A stretch of 63,932 bases of DNA, filler included, from Aduncisulcus paluster (GCA_024181965.1; 5 parts of 5 records of this genome joined end to end with filler, not necessarily neighbours in it), one strand, 5' to 3'; positions 33,434-46,739 are shown, numbered from the whole stretch's first letter. Translations and numbers: made by a program. The notes: a model not told the origin generated them from the letters alone.

Positions 33434-36400
33434 TCATAAAAACTTCTTGAAGGCCTTCTGTAACTTTGTCATTCCTTCACTTCCTAGTTTACCTTCCACC
33501 TTTTTCCAGATACCAGAATTTTTGGCATTAATTTCCTTACACATCTCAACGACTTGTTTCGCCACCTGATCCTTCAAAACCTCATCAATTTCGATATCTC
33601 CCTTCACGTCAGCACGAACCTTACTAATAGCCAGTGACGCACATCCCCAGACAGCATTAACGATAAGTTCCTCAGAAACTTCCCTTCCTTCGAGTGCAGG
33701 CTTAACAACAAGATCAATTACGAGGGAAGTTAATACATTGGCCTCGACACTGTCTCCTCTTGTTTCTGGCAACCTTTTGACACATTCGACCAAAATACCT
33801 TCCCTATTAAGGCCAAGGAAGCGCTCACACATTGGTAGAAGAGCAGGGACATTGAGAACAAGACGTAACAATAGCATTGTACAATTATCGGTCAATTTGC
33901 AACGAAGAGGTTCAATATATTGCTTCTTGTGTTGCAATGTGTTCTTTATGAGAGGGAACACAACACGTTCCATGATGGATGTCTTTTGTTCGAAAATGAA
34001 AGGAAAACGCTCACACAATACACTGAGACCAAACACAGGGTTCAATAAATCATCTACATTGTTGGGGAAGGTCTCAATAAGTCTGATGGATCCATCAAAT
34101 AAGGCCTCAGCGAATGCGTTGATAATTGTAGGAGAGTCAGTCAATTTCACAACTGGAGCCAAAGTGGCATGGAGAGGAGCTGTAGCACCAGAAGAGCCAT
34201 CAGGCAGAGGAGGGAGTAACTCCTTGTCCAAGAAACTAACAGCACCCATCTCAACAAACTCATTGGTCTTACGAGCTGTTCCCTTGTCGTTCGGTCCAGC
34301 GATACACAATATATCAATGCACAGACTAACAAAAGTGGCCAGCTCAGTTGGGAGAACTTCATAGGGAGATAACGGACCCTTAGACCACAATTCAAGAGTC
34401 TTGGACATTTCCTTGTGGAAGACATCAAGGTATGGTGTCCCAAAGGTGTAGAAAAGATAGTAAAATAGAATACTGAAGGCATTAAGAACCTGCTCAACAA
34501 TTTCACCCCGCTGTTGCAACAAAGTGACGGCATCAATCAACTCTTCGCGGTCATGGTGCGACAATCCCTTCAATACAACGGCCGGTACACCTCCATCAGT
34601 GCTTTCCAAGTTAAGACGCCCAGTTTTCATTTCCTTCGCGATGGTCTTTTGAACAGCTTCACTCATCTCCTCAAAGAATTCTTTAGTATCGTGGGCAATC
34701 GCACTAGAAATATCATCAGAAGACGTGGAATAACTTAACGCACACTCAACAATCTGTGGAATGTAAGCAATCATACTCTTGAGAGGTTTCACAAGAATCT
34801 CAAGCATGATCTCAGGATTCTTCTGGAAGTGGGACACAATCTCCTTGTTGTCAGCAATGCCGTACACGACGTCACATAGAGCGTGCAGATAAGCACACAC
34901 GACCTCCACCTCCTCCTCGGCCTGGATTTCATGCATAATCTTCTTAAGAACATTCGACACGAGCTCGGTCAAGTCAGAATTGTCTATCTCTCCCCTCAAA
35001 AACATACGCTGGGCGAGAATAACACACCTTCCAAGAATAGTAGCGGCGCTTTGCTTGGCATCATCACTCAACAAACTATCCATTCCCCCGAGACCGGCCT
35101 TGACAATGTCTTTGAGATCAGAAACACAAGCTCTGGGAGCAAACTCGAGTAAAGTGGACAACACATCGAGAGCAGCGGCACGTTCCTCGGCAGCATTGCT
35201 ATCAAAGTCATAGTTGAAATTACCAAGAGTAACAACATTATCGGGATTGTCATCATCAGTTTCCACAACCTTTTGAGTGATTGGAGTTGCCTCACACTTC
35301 ATTTCATCGTCCTTCAGGGCAACCTTGATGAGAATAGGCATCATTCGAGGCACAACGGGAACCAAATCTCCCTTAAATACCTTCACAAGAGTGCTGAGTC
35401 CTTCCATAACACTCTCTCCAACGGTATCCTCACCACAATCAATCATAAGTTTCAAGGAAGTAATGAATAGATCAAGGACCTTCTGAGCATGCTCGCCCTT
35501 GACAGTCTCTTTATCAACGGCACCGATGAGAGTGGCAACACAGCTCACAAGTCTAGCCCTGAACCGAGAGTTGTTGTGCTTTTCTTTCCCTTCAAGCTTG
35601 ATAGCATCATCAGTGACCTTCTGGAGCATAACGATCAGCTGATCGATGAATTCATGATAGTGGGGAGTTATCAATTCCTCGGCATACTCAGCAACCTTTC
35701 CAAGGAGATGGACACCATACGAACGAGTGTCGAGACGATCAATACGGAGGTTACTAACAACAGCATCGATGAAGGAGTCCATGTAAGGGATAGCAACATC
35801 AACACCGGCTTCATCGACAAGAGCAACCAGGGCAGAGCAAGCAGCAGCTTTCACACGATCACAAGGATCATTCTTGGTCATACTAACAAGCAAGGCGACA
35901 ACATCGTCAGCAAAGGTATCACAGAACACAGGGGATAAGTCACTCACACATCTCTTCATACAAGCGGCGAAACACCAACGAACACGGGGGTGTGGATCCT
36001 TGTGGAGATGCATAATGGGGCTCAAAAGTTCAGTGACAAGCTCAACAGTGGCAGATTCACCACGGCCGATTCCTTCAACACAGAGGGAGAGGAGTTCAGG
36101 AGCAACAGTACGATATTTCCAGTTCTCACTCTTGACACTCAACTTACAGGTCTCGAGGAGGATAGGGGCAACAATAGTGGCTCCGAGGACCTGGGATAAA
36201 CGGTCAGCAACATCCTCGGCAGAGCACAAGGCAGTTGACTCGCTGTAGTCTTCCTTACTAACAGCACGAGACCACTCATCGATATCATCCCTGACCTCAG
36301 TTCCAAGGAAGATGGAGACAAGAGGAATGATATCCCGAGCAATATCGGGAACAGCTTTTCTGACGGCAGAGGGGAGTTGCTCACACATAACAACCTCACA

Positions 36401-37258
36401 TTCGAGGGCATAAACACGCAATGAGGTGGGAATTTCGGTGTTGGCGGCAATATCTTTCAAGTTGGCATGCAAAAAGGCCAAATGAGGCTTGACGAAACTG
36501 GAGTGGTGCATGATTGTTGTGACAAAACAACGAATAATGGTCTCACCAGGAGTGAGATTCTTAGCTAATTCTCCACTCCTAAACAGACGAATAAGGGAAT
36601 TAAAAGCAATTTTCAAAACTGAACCATATTTCTCTTCATCGACGGATTCTGTGGAAACCTTTAACAAACAACGGGTAAGTCTAGCAATTGCTTTAGGCTT
36701 AGTTTCAGACTCTAAATTGCGTGAGATTGTTTTAAAAAGCATTTCGATGGCTTTTTCTTTGTCTCTTTGAGATTCCAACTGACCAATGAGGGTACCAACG
36801 CTGGATTCAATAATCTCAATAGCTGCACGTCTGTTATCAGCTTGATCAAACCAAGCTAACACCTTTTCAATTATCTCATGCCACCCTTTAGTTTTGGATT
36901 TGATAACACCAGAATATTTATGCATGAGAACTCCCGAAATAATACCAGCAATAGATTTCTTAACCTCTGGAACTGGTTCTTTTTCAACTTGGTCAATAAG
37001 TCTCCTTTTAATCTCATCTTCAATTTCTGGATGAGAACCATCTTGAAGGAAACTACCATGGTTACCAATCATAAAACGTCTGAATAAAATGCAAGAAAGG
37101 TCTCTCAAATTGAGTTGTGGCAATTCAAGTCCAATGAAATACATTTTTAAGGCATCCATAGGATTCTCTTTCAACATTTTGCTGTGATAAGCCATCATTT
37201 TGGAATGACGCTTATCCTGAGGTGAATTCAATACTTTAAGAATGGTTGGAACGTCCAT
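33434..37258 (-). CDS. IPO5: Importin-5 / karyopherin beta-3 (Pse1/RanBP6-like) HEAT-repeat protein
   Basis: LRVYALECEVVMCEQLPSAVRK, AEDVADRLSQVLG, SENWKYR, KDPHPRVRW, RVKAAACSALV, EERAAALDVL; first in-frame ATG at 37258. Confidence 0.85.
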   Translation of the reverse strand: MDVPTILKVLNSPQDKRHSKMMAYHSKMLKENPMDALKMYFIGLELPQLNLRDLSCILFRRFMIGNHGSFLQDGSHPEIEDEIKRRLIDQVEKEPVPEVKKSIAGIISGVLMHKYSGVIKSKTKGWHEIIEKVLAWFDQADNRRAAIEIIESSVGTLIGQLESQRDKEKAIEMLFKTISRNLESETKPKAIARLTRCLLKVSTESVDEEKYGSVLKIAFNSLIRLFRSGELAKNLTPGETIIRCFVTTIMHHSSFVKPHLAFLHANLKDIAANTEIPTSLRVYALECEVVMCEQLPSAVRKAVPDIARDIIPLVSIFLGTEVRDDIDEWSRAVSKEDYSESTALCSAEDVADRLSQVLGATIVAPILLETCKLSVKSENWKYRTVAPELLSLCVEGIGRGESATVELVTELLSPIMHLHKDPHPRVRWCFAACMKRCVSDLSPVFCDTFADDVVALLVSMTKNDPCDRVKAAACSALVALVDEAGVDVAIPYMDSFIDAVVSNLRIDRLDTRSYGVHLLGKVAEYAEELITPHYHEFIDQLIVMLQKVTDDAIKLEGKEKHNNSRFRARLVSCVATLIGAVDKETVKGEHAQKVLDLFITSLKLMIDCGEDTVGESVMEGLSTLVKVFKGDLVPVVPRMMPILIKVALKDDEMKCEATPITQKVVETDDDNPDNVVTLGNFNYDFDSNAAEERAAALDVLSTLLEFAPRACVSDLKDIVKAGLGGMDSLLSDDAKQSAATILGRCVILAQRMFLRGEIDNSDLTELVSNVLKKIMHEIQAEEEVEVVCAYLHALCDVVYGIADNKEIVSHFQKNPEIMLEILVKPLKSMIAYIPQIVECALSYSTSSDDISSAIAHDTKEFFEEMSEAVQKTIAKEMKTGRLNLESTDGGVPAVVLKGLSHHDREELIDAVTLLQQRGEIVEQVLNAFSILFYYLFYTFGTPYLDVFHKEMSKTLELWSKGPLSPYEVLPTELATFVSLCIDILCIAGPNDKGTARKTNEFVEMGAVSFLDKELLPPLPDGSSGATAPLHATLAPVVKLTDSPTIINAFAEALFDGSIRLIETFPNNVDDLLNPVFGLSVLCERFPFIFEQKTSIMERVVFPLIKNTLQHKKQYIEPLRCKLTDNCTMLLLRLVLNVPALLPMCERFLGLNREGILVECVKRLPETRGDSVEANVLTSLVIDLVVKPALEGREVSEELIVNAVWGCASLAISKVRADVKGDIEIDEVLKDQVAKQVVEMCKEINAKNSGIWKKVEGKLGSEGMTKLQKAFKKFL

Positions 37259-37611
37259 GTCACAACTTTCTTTCAATGAATCGACCAAACCATAAGTTGG
37301 ATTGTTGATTTTGGATCATCGTGACTTGAAACAGTAATAGATCGGGACATTGACCGTATTTTTGATAATTTAAACCAGTTTAATTAAAATAAATATTTTA
37401 GATATTTTTTTGGTGAAGGAATAGAATCTAATAATGAAAATTAACTAGAAGTCGTGTTGGTACATTTTAGCACATTCGAAACACTAATATTGGCTATACA
37501 CTCAGCATCGACCGTGTACAAACTCTATTTCTATTCATTATGAGCTGCTACACCGAAAAATGACAAATATACGATTTTCTTCGACCATACATAATATCAA
37601 ATTATTTAAAT

Positions 37612-38820
37612 ATGTCTTTAATCAAAGATAAACTTGAAGCAGCCAGATTTTTTCTGGATCCTGTAAATATGACTGTTGTAAAATGTTCAAATCGAAAACC
37701 AGGATTACCGAAGCGCAAACATGTTGACAATATCCTTATGTTTCTTCGCGGTGAATATGAAGGTGTTAACCCGGCGGATGTCGCCTTAGCTTTGATAAAC
37801 CGACTCTCTAAAACATCAGAGTGGTTAGTTGCCCTCAAATGTGTTCTTGTCGTCGATGAAGTGGCCACAAGTCCTAAATTTTGTAAAGTATTGTTGCATG
37901 GCCATGAGATTACTGGCTCCTTGACGTCATGTTTTAATTTGCAGTCGTTGCCCCGATCATGTGATTCATTTGAAGAATCGAATACTCTTCATATAGTGAG
38001 GAATTTTTCTCGCTTTGTTGAAATATCGTTATCAGAAATCGTTCGTTGGAACGTCTCTCCCTATCTTATTGATACATCTTCCATGGACTTCTCGCCATCT
38101 GAAGTGGCTGATCTGCTCAGGTCGACTAATAACATTATCAATGCTGCCATGCGTGCAGCAACGCTTCAGAAACCATATATTTCCCACGATTCCCTTCTTG
38201 AAGCTGCTGATATCTGTGTATCTCGTCTGATTACCCACGATATTTTTATGTTATCTATTGTCAAACACATCCTCTCTTTTCCCCAGATATCACACGTGAT
38301 GAAGAGACGGGCCAGAAAAGTTACCCCCCACCCCCCAATTGAACCATCCACAGGTGCAATCGACGACTCTGTTCCTTCTTCTTATTCTGCCACTGTGGAC
38401 ACTGCAACCCCAAAGGAAGAGAAGGGGGACGATTTCACTGAACTCATGGATTTTTTCGATGCTCCAAGTTCCACTGCCCCATCAGCCCCTGTGAAAGCTA
38501 CTTCGTCTTTCCCCAAGCCTCATGATTCTCCCAGGGAGGTCACGACACGTCCTAGAACAGATTCAACCTTATCCACTTCATCTCACGACTCTCCTGTGCT
38601 CCTGTCTGCTGCGACTGCACGTAGATATACGGATATTATGACCTATCTTGAATCTTATGCGGCCAACATTGAGGATAGACTCGGAGAAAGAGACCGCTCG
38701 GTTGACTTTGGAGGATTCAAGGGACAGCGAGGATGGACTGAAGGTGAAGTGAGAGCAATGAAAGGACTTTTGAAGATTATAAAGAACTGTGTTGAGATTC
38801 TCAAAGAATTGTGCGAATAA
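37612..38820 (+). CDS. ANTH-domain clathrin assembly protein (AP180/CALM-like)
   Basis: VVKCSN...PKRKHVDNIL...LINRLSKTSEWLVALKCVLVV; low-complexity tail with LMDFF. Confidence 0.8.
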   Translation: MSLIKDKLEAARFFLDPVNMTVVKCSNRKPGLPKRKHVDNILMFLRGEYEGVNPADVALALINRLSKTSEWLVALKCVLVVDEVATSPKFCKVLLHGHEITGSLTSCFNLQSLPRSCDSFEESNTLHIVRNFSRFVEISLSEIVRWNVSPYLIDTSSMDFSPSEVADLLRSTNNIINAAMRAATLQKPYISHDSLLEAADICVSRLITHDIFMLSIVKHILSFPQISHVMKRRARKVTPHPPIEPSTGAIDDSVPSSYSATVDTATPKEEKGDDFTELMDFFDAPSSTAPSAPVKATSSFPKPHDSPREVTTRPRTDSTLSTSSHDSPVLLSAATARRYTDIMTYLESYAANIEDRLGERDRSVDFGGFKGQRGWTEGEVRAMKGLLKIIKNCVEILKELCE

Positions 38821-39597
38821 TATTATCTTATAGTTATTTTTTCAACTTCTCTCTCCCTTTTTCAAATACACATATATCTTCGTCTATTTCTCATTAATAT
38901 TATTTAATATCTAACTTTTTTTTTCTTTTTTGTTTAGTTTTTCACTGATAATTATTCTTTGACTTTGCGGCACTTATTGGCGTTTCCAATCTTAGAACAT
39001 CTTGGATCTTTGGAATTTTTTGGATTTGCATGATTATTTCCATATTTTATTTATACTTTACTCCCCCATTTGACGTTCACTGAGTGAAATTTTGATCAAT
39101 AAAACTCTAATCTTTGATAATTTATGTGGAATTTTTATTTCGACATATGTATCACGATATGATTTTTNNNNNNNNNNNNNNNNNNNNCTTCTCTCTCCCT
39201 TTTTCAAATACACATATATCTTCGTCTATTTCTCATTAATATTATTTAATATCTAACTTTTTTTTTCTTTTTTGTTTAGTTTTTCACTGATAATTATTCT
39301 TTGACTTTGCGGCACTTATTGGCGTTTCCAATCTTAGAACATCTTGGATCTTTGGAATTTTTTGGATTTGCATGATTATTTCCATATTTTATTTATACTT
39401 TACTCCCCCATTTGACGTTCACTGAGTGAAATTTTGATCAATAAAACTCTAATCTTTGATAATTTATGTGGAATTTTTATTTCGACATATGTATCACGAT
39501 ATGATTTTTCATTAATATATTGATATATTTTTATAATTCAAGGAAAAACACAATTTTTTTTAAAATTTTGGATATTGCACCCAATCACAATAATAAT

Positions 39598-41014
39598 ATG
39601 AAACCAAGGCTTCCCCCCGATACAAAAGGGATGCCTAGATACGATATATCCACTAAGAGATCGAGAACTATTGTCGGTTCCGCTCGAACTGCTGGTGTTG
39701 TTGGTAAAGCTTTGATGGAGAAGAATTATCGATTGTCAAGGCCTCTAAATGTTACTCAAACTATTACTCTCCCAATAACAAAAACACAAACTGTCAATCA
39801 AACTGTAAGACCTCGATTTGTTGATGCTCGTCCATTTTCCCTAACTGATAATATTGGAAGTTTGATATATCGAGATGAAACTAGTGACACTCGTATTTTT
39901 AAACCAAAAACATCACTCTCACGAATGCCAATTCATCATTCTGGGAGGATATCAAGGACCAAGCCTTCCTCTCGGGAAAGATTAAAGAAATTAGAATTAC
40001 CACCTCCAATTCGCAAAATTCATCACGGTGAAACCATAAAAGCTAAGAGAGAGAAGCATCTTTTACTCTCGGATAAAATCACAAAAGATCATCATCCAAT
40101 TCATTCAAGAAAAATGGGTGACTGGGACAAATTAGAGAAAACCATTACTCCATATCATTTATGTAGCACGACAACCAGTGTATCCTCTAATAAAGCGCCT
40201 CTTTTGGTGACNNNNNNNNNNNNNNNNNNNNCCAATTCGCAAAATTCATCACGGTGAAACCATAAAAGCTAAGAGAGAGAAGCATCTTTTACTCTCGGAT
40301 AAAATCACAAAAGATCATCATCCAATTCATTCAAGAAAAATGGGTGACTGGGACAAATTAGAGAAAACCATTACTCCATATCATTTATGTAGCACGACAA
40401 CCAGTGTATCCTCTCATAAAGCGCCTCTTTTGGTGACAACATCAGAGAAAGCTTCAGAACCTATATCTACAGTCAAAGAATACAATCATGATGTGGAAAT
40501 AATGCAAGGAAATGAAGAATCTATTCGAAAGGAACGGACTAAACATCATATTATTACACAAAAGGGAACTCTTGATAGAACACAACGTATTTCCTCCATT
40601 GTGGACGAAACAGCCAGACGTAGGCCTATTCCTGGTGCTACAGCGAATCAAAAAGTGACTTTCTCACTCTGTGCGCCAGTCCGTGAGAAAGTTGTTCGTC
40701 GTGATCATATTATGCACAAGGAACCCACTGTTGTTGCCTCCTTACTCAAACCTTCAGCAACATCTGCTCTTCATGGCGATTCGCACCTTCGTAATCGAGC
40801 TTCCAATCCCATCAATTTTAGGGAAGAGGATATCAAAAGGAGAGAGTCGAGATCGGCTGCTCGGATACATCGGATTCAACAACGCGAAGCACACCTTCAT
40901 GACGTTATCAAAGCAGATGCAGCAGAGAAAGAGGCAAAAGTACAACGTAGACTGAATGGTTACAGAAAGAATTATGATATGTATTTACAAATGCTTGAAG
41001 AGCGTGAGTTTTAA
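39598..41014 (+). CDS. Basic hypothetical protein; one gene split by gap 40212..40231 with about 205 nt duplicated
   Basis: ORFs 39520 and 40340 share MGDWDKLEKTITPYHLC...; collapsing the duplication gives one frame from ATG 39598. Confidence 0.75.
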
Positions 41015-41222
41015 ATATTCATGCAATAAATTAGCTTTACTCCAATTTTATTTTAAACATAGAAGATAATTATCCTATTATTGAATATCTTCTTCAAGCA
41101 ATTCCGAAACTATTTTAGATTTTCTTTTTTGGCTCGATAATCAATTTTAAGAAAAATATTATTATACTAATCAAATTATTATATTAATTGTCATATTATA
41201 TGAAATTGTATTCTCTCATCTT

Positions 41223-43059
41223 ATGCTTAGGTTGAAGAGTTATTCGAATCGATTACTATATCCCAATTCTAATCGAGTTACAGTTTATAAACATATCATC
41301 AAATATTTACAAAGAATTATTTCGCCAGGGAGTCACTTCCTTCGGCCAATATTTTTCTCTCATATCAAATACTTTCACAACATTATCGAGACAACATTCA
41401 AAAGTCGAATTCACTCCGAAGATCATTCCTTCAAAGCCTCAAAGCACGTTATCTATGACGATAGTCTTGATAGAATGCTTGTGACATTTTCTCAAGACGA
41501 TATTCGTGGGCATACTGTTTTTCTTGATTCCTCGATTTCTTCTATCCTTTCTTCTTCTCATCTATTTCCATTATTTTTATCCCAAACTTCACAAGAGATC
41601 GTTTTTGTCGATAAAGAACGTTATATTGAATATTTTATAAGTAGTATTGAGAGCAATATTGACAAAGATCGCGAATCTGTTCTAAAACAGGGGCAAACCT
41701 TGACGGCGACTTCTGAGCGTATATTTGATGTTTCCTCAATTGAGCTTAATCAGCGAGGCGATTCCTTACGTTCTCAGTCAGGTCTTTCATATTCTTCTAT
41801 GCAGACCCATCAACAACCTCGATTGCCAACAGATCCTGTTGAGCTTCTAAATCTCAAAATTAAAGTCCTCAACCGATTGAAACGAATAATTCCCCATCAT
41901 GTGCGATCATCTTCTTGCCCCTTTCTCCAGATCATCGATTTATGTGGTATATGCGATGAGGCTGAGATAATTGCTCAGACCTTAGCGCTGTGCGACGATA
42001 TTCATGTATACAGGGGAGCCATATATCTGTGTCTTCCAATGGGAATATCCTTCTCAGACAAAGTGAGTCATTGGAGAAAAGCGCTTCCCTCCAAAGTTAA
42101 GAGATATGCCAACAATTGTGTCCTAATCTCTCATAATTTTCCTCTTGTTCAAATAGAAGATGCAATCAAACACTCCCATCCTGGAGGACTTTCGATCGAT
42201 GATCTCTTCTCCATCCCTCCAATTCGATGGAGATCACCCAAACAGATCGAAGAAGACGAAGAGAGGGAGCGAGAGAAACAACAATATCAAAAAGAACTTC
42301 AAGCAAAAGATTACGACGATTCAGAACATTCTGAAGATTGGGCATATGACGATCATTTTCATTATGGCGAATTTCAAACAGGAAAACGACCATCCCCCGA
42401 GGTTGCTTCTATCATGGATAGGGTCGGAATACATCCCGATGGAACTGTTGTCACCGGATCCAAGTCTTCTTCCAGTTACCAAGGAGGGAAACTGTCTGGC
42501 AAGGAGAGTGGAGTATCAGAGTCAGTTATTCCAGGGATCGATGATAGGTATCGACGGATGAATGCCACTTTCCTGCTTTCAAATCCTCATTCAGTGAAGA
42601 GAGCAAGGTCTGCCATTCGTCGTAGGAAGAAAGAGCATCAAGAAAAGATATCAACTCGCCAACAGATGCATGAACTTACAAAGGAATTCACGACTGACAG
42701 CTTAATGGATGCTGAAGAAGCTATGACTATGATTGACGAGGAAAGAGCCAAGCAAGAAGGTGCAGAATATGTTGAACAGAGAAGAAGAAGAAGCAAAAGA
42801 AGAGGCTGTTCAACTACCCCCTAGAGGAGGTAAAAGAAGAACGTCTGTGGCTGCTTCACCCTACTGGAGAGATGAAGAGAAAGTGCTTGAATTCATCGAT
42901 GAAAGTGGACGAAAAAGGACAACAAACACTCTTGACGATCTGTTGGGGGATAAACACGAAGCTGTCTCCCTATTCTTCCATCTCACTGACTGTCTTGCTC
43001 AAGATTCAATCCAGATTTCACAAGTTGAGGAAAATGTTCTTCTAATTTCCTCCAAATAG
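41223..43059 (+). CDS. Hypothetical protein with an apparent +1 frame shift at about 42780
   Basis: ORF 41223..42824 overlaps 42733..43059; the acidic sequence continues as EEEEAKEEAVQLPP in the +1 frame; true start uncertain. Confidence 0.6.
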
Positions 43060-43540
43060 ATCTTAAGACTTAAGATATTATCTTGGTAATATTTACTCAT
43101 TGAAGGTATTTCCAGACTTCTTCGGCACCTCTTCTAGCATACATAACCTCTGGATCGTGATCATCCATCTTTCTGAGTGTCTTCACCAAACGTTCGAGGC
43201 AACTCATATCCAATCCAGCTTTTACGACAGTCTGAAGTAATTCTCTGTTTCCTGCGACAAGACATCCAATTCCTCCCACNNNNNNNNNNNNNNNNNNNNC
43301 TTCTAATTTCCTCCAAATAGATCTTAAGACTTAAGATATTATCTTGGTAATATTTACTCATTGAAGGTATTTCCAGACTTCTTCGGCACCTCTTCTAGCA
43401 TACATAACCTCTGGATCGTGATCATCCATCTTTCTGAGTGTCTTCACCAAACGTTCGAGGCAACTCATATCCAATCCAGCTTTTACGACAGTCTGAAGTA
43501 ATTCTCTGTTTCCTGCGACAAGACATCCAATTCCTCCCAC
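43039..43540. repeat. Gap-flanking direct duplication (about 241 nt) producing a false second copy of the transportin 3' end
   Basis: 43039..43279 matches 43300..43540 across 20 N. Confidence 0.9.
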
Positions 43541-46429
43541 AGCACAACACACTGTTTGATAAACATTTGGAGCTGATCTGCTCAGTTCTTCAGTAGATAT
43601 GATGGCACAACCATGGTCAACGTACATCTCGATCTGGTGGGCACGGAAAGGACTTCTTTTGAAACTCCTGCACAAAGCCTGACAGAACCACCAAGCAATA
43701 CCCATATCTTCCGGATCTACCATCTCTCCACCCTTCATAAAGTATTCCATTGGACGAATGAGATCAACAACCATGGACTGAACGGCAACAGACTCAGGGA
43801 AGGCAATAACAAGCTCTCCAACAAGACGGAGCATGTCACACGAGAGCATATTATATGGGCTTGAGCAGATACTCGACAAGAGCTCAGAGATCTGGGGGAA
43901 AGAGAAGAGTTTGAGAATTTCGTCATGCATGGTTTCTGAGGACCCTTCTAATGTTGTGGTTTTATCAGAAGCACAGCTAGCCAAAATCTGTTCCATCTGT
44001 CCAAGATAGAGCTTCAAGAACCCAACTTCTTGCTGCTCTGTGCTCACCATATCTTGATCTTCGCCCAATATACCTTGCCCGTCCCCTTTCTCGATCTCTC
44101 CTGTAAACACTTTCCATTCGTGTGAAACAAGCTCCAGTAAACGCATAAGGAGAAGTTTTATGTTCTTCACTGACGACTTGACCGTTGTCAATATTTTTTG
44201 AGTGGCTTCAGTGATATAGTGAAACAGCATCTGTAGAACAGGGATGAGAGAGAGGGGGATCTTTTGGAATATAGCAAAGAATAGAGAGGAAAGGCTTGGC
44301 AAGGATGCACATGATACCGAGGGAGTGGGCAAGATTCCAGTATGTTTGAGACCTTCAAAGGCCTTGTCAGCCAACCAAAGCTCTTCCACCTTCTTCACGG
44401 CTTCCCCATTGTGTTTGCACATAACAACGACGAGATCACATATTCCCTCCATGGCACAAGTATCATACTCTCTGATGCACTCACACACAGAGCAGTAAAT
44501 GGGAAGGATGTACATGTCTGAGTGTTCGTGGGGAACTGTCTCGAGAGTGACACAGAGACAAGTCGTGACAGCACGGCGCACTATCTGACGCTTTGAGGAA
44601 AGAAGAGGGAGACAAACAGAGAAAAGCTTCTTGAGAGCAGAATCAAGCTTAGCAGAGGCAAGAATGGACTCACTCAGGATTCCCACACACCAGAGACAGG
44701 ACACACGCATTTGTTCAGGTAGATGAGGATTGGCACATGCTGGGAGAAGAATATCCCAGAGCTGGTCTGCGTTCTTGGCAAGAATATCGATACTATTCTT
44801 GGCAACGACTCCGATCATAATAATGGCGGTTTCCTGTGATAACATTGAGCTTGATTTAAGATACTTTCCAATTTCTGCCAAAAATAATTCACACAAATCA
44901 CTGTTCGGGAATTCAGCAGTCAAAGCTTCAGCGGTAACACACACAGCACGACGTACAGTAGCTTCACCACTCGAAGTAGCCATGAAATCATCAGCAGAAT
45001 TCTGGCATTCAGATATAAGTTTAGCTATCAAATTGAGCTTTCTGTTGCATTGTACGAGACTGTCCTCATCACGATTCTTAATAGCCGTCTCCCTAGCCTC
45101 TTGAACCTGGCTCCAAAGTTCCACAAATTGGATGAAAGGTTTAGTGGCATCTGAGGAAGTATCCTTATCGAGGGACGATTGAGACATGTACTTGTGACAT
45201 GCTAAAATCATGGCTGGGACAAGATCATCCTGGAAATGTTGAACAACCATCATCAATTCCCTTGTAAGAGCAATGTTATGCCACATAGAAAGAAATTTAG
45301 ACACAATGGGAGATGTAAGAGCACCAAGTTCCATGGAATCTTGCTTCTTTTCGAGCTCAGCGAGAGCATCTTTATCACCTCCTTTCTTCATGAGTTCAAT
45401 CTCTCCATCCAGACGCTGGAATTCACCCATGAGGGATATACAACGTATTGAGAATTCACAGAGAGGCTTGATTGTTGCACTCATGGAGTGTGGAGAAGTG
45501 TAGAGGATCGCATTGATGGTATCCACACATATGGACAGTAGGACAGAAGATTCACGGTTGTGCATCACACGCATGGCTGTAATAGGCAAGTAATAGTCAA
45601 AAAGAGATGTGATACATGAAGAATCTTGAATAATAAATGGGAGTAAGGATTTCATTAAATTTACGATAGTGGATTCTTTTAAGGAATCAGGGCATTGGAA
45701 CAGATCAGAAGGAGGGTCGTAAGGAGAGAATTTGGGAGCAGGACCTGAACAATGACTTCCTGTGATATAGTATACAATCATTTTGAGAATGTCAGATAAT
45801 TTGCTATACGATGCAATAATAGAGTAAGCATCTTCTCCGACTTTGAGAATAAGATCAGCAAATGCATCTATTTGTTTGTCTTCAACTAATTTCTTAACAA
45901 TTAACTCAAACATTGGGAACTTGGCAGAGAGGATGTCACAACCTTCTTGATTTGGAAGTTCAGCAATTTGACGAGCCAAAGCAGTTGTTGCTAATGTATA
46001 AAGAGCTCTTTCTGGAGTTTTAAGAGTAATAATAACAGAATTAGTCACAAATTCAGAAGCAGCCGATGAGAGAGAGATAATACTTGATTGTGGAGAATTC
46101 TTGAGTAAAACACCTGCATGGCGCCTAAGATTAAGAGGATATTGTGGAGATGCAAAAAATAAGGCTGCATAAGCTGGAAAATCATCAAGTTTAGATCGTA
46201 AGAACTTTTCTTGCTTGTAAACCTCCCTATGATCGGCAGTTGATGAAGCATTGCAACAACCTGTGAGTAATCTATGTACAGCTTCTTGCTTTTCAACCTC
46301 TGGCTTCCACTACGGATGATTGTGAGATGAAAGACAGAAAATATTGTAAGAAGGATGTAAAATTTAATGAATATTATCATAACACACATTAAAAACGAAA
46401 AACCGGTATAAAACACATACACTATCCAT
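43358..46429 (-). CDS. TNPO1: Transportin / karyopherin beta-2-like importin (exon1 46421..46429, exon2 43358..46309; 986 aa)
   Basis: Spliced N-terminus MDS-WKPEVEKQEAVHRLL...DFPAYAALFF...LRRHAGVLLKN matches transportin's W.P...DF..Y...R..AG++LKN pattern; later TVRRA, QETAIIMIGVVA, RVSCLWCVG. Confidence 0.82.
46310..46420 (-). other. Spliceosomal intron, 111 nt
   Basis: GTATGT after ATG GAT AGT; CCGTAG acceptor; contains an in-frame TAA. Confidence 0.85.
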
Positions 46430-46739
46430 TCTATCACCAAGAAGAGACTGAGTTTTTGATTATGCGAATTAATGCTGTTTTCCCTAATAACTTTGTCAAT
46501 AACAAGTTTAATATTACGAGATTAAATTGAATTCTCAATGATAAAATAAATCATGTGAAGGAGTTAGCCTCCGGAACAAAGAATATTTTGAATTCTTTGT
46601 GAACAAGTGATGTCAATAATTTACGAGAAATATTTTACTACATTGAATTTATAATGGAATTGGACTTTCTATATTCCTCTCAGTTTAAAATATAAGATTT
46701 TACAAATCTGGGCTGTTTTTCGACATATTTTGTACACAA

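Noticed and set aside
42760..42781. 22-nt GTGCAG..AG mini-intron explaining the frame shift (and a 34-nt GTGAGA..AG at 7205)
   Set aside because: Purine-rich with non-consensus donors, unlike all eight supported introns; not fully excluded without RNA data
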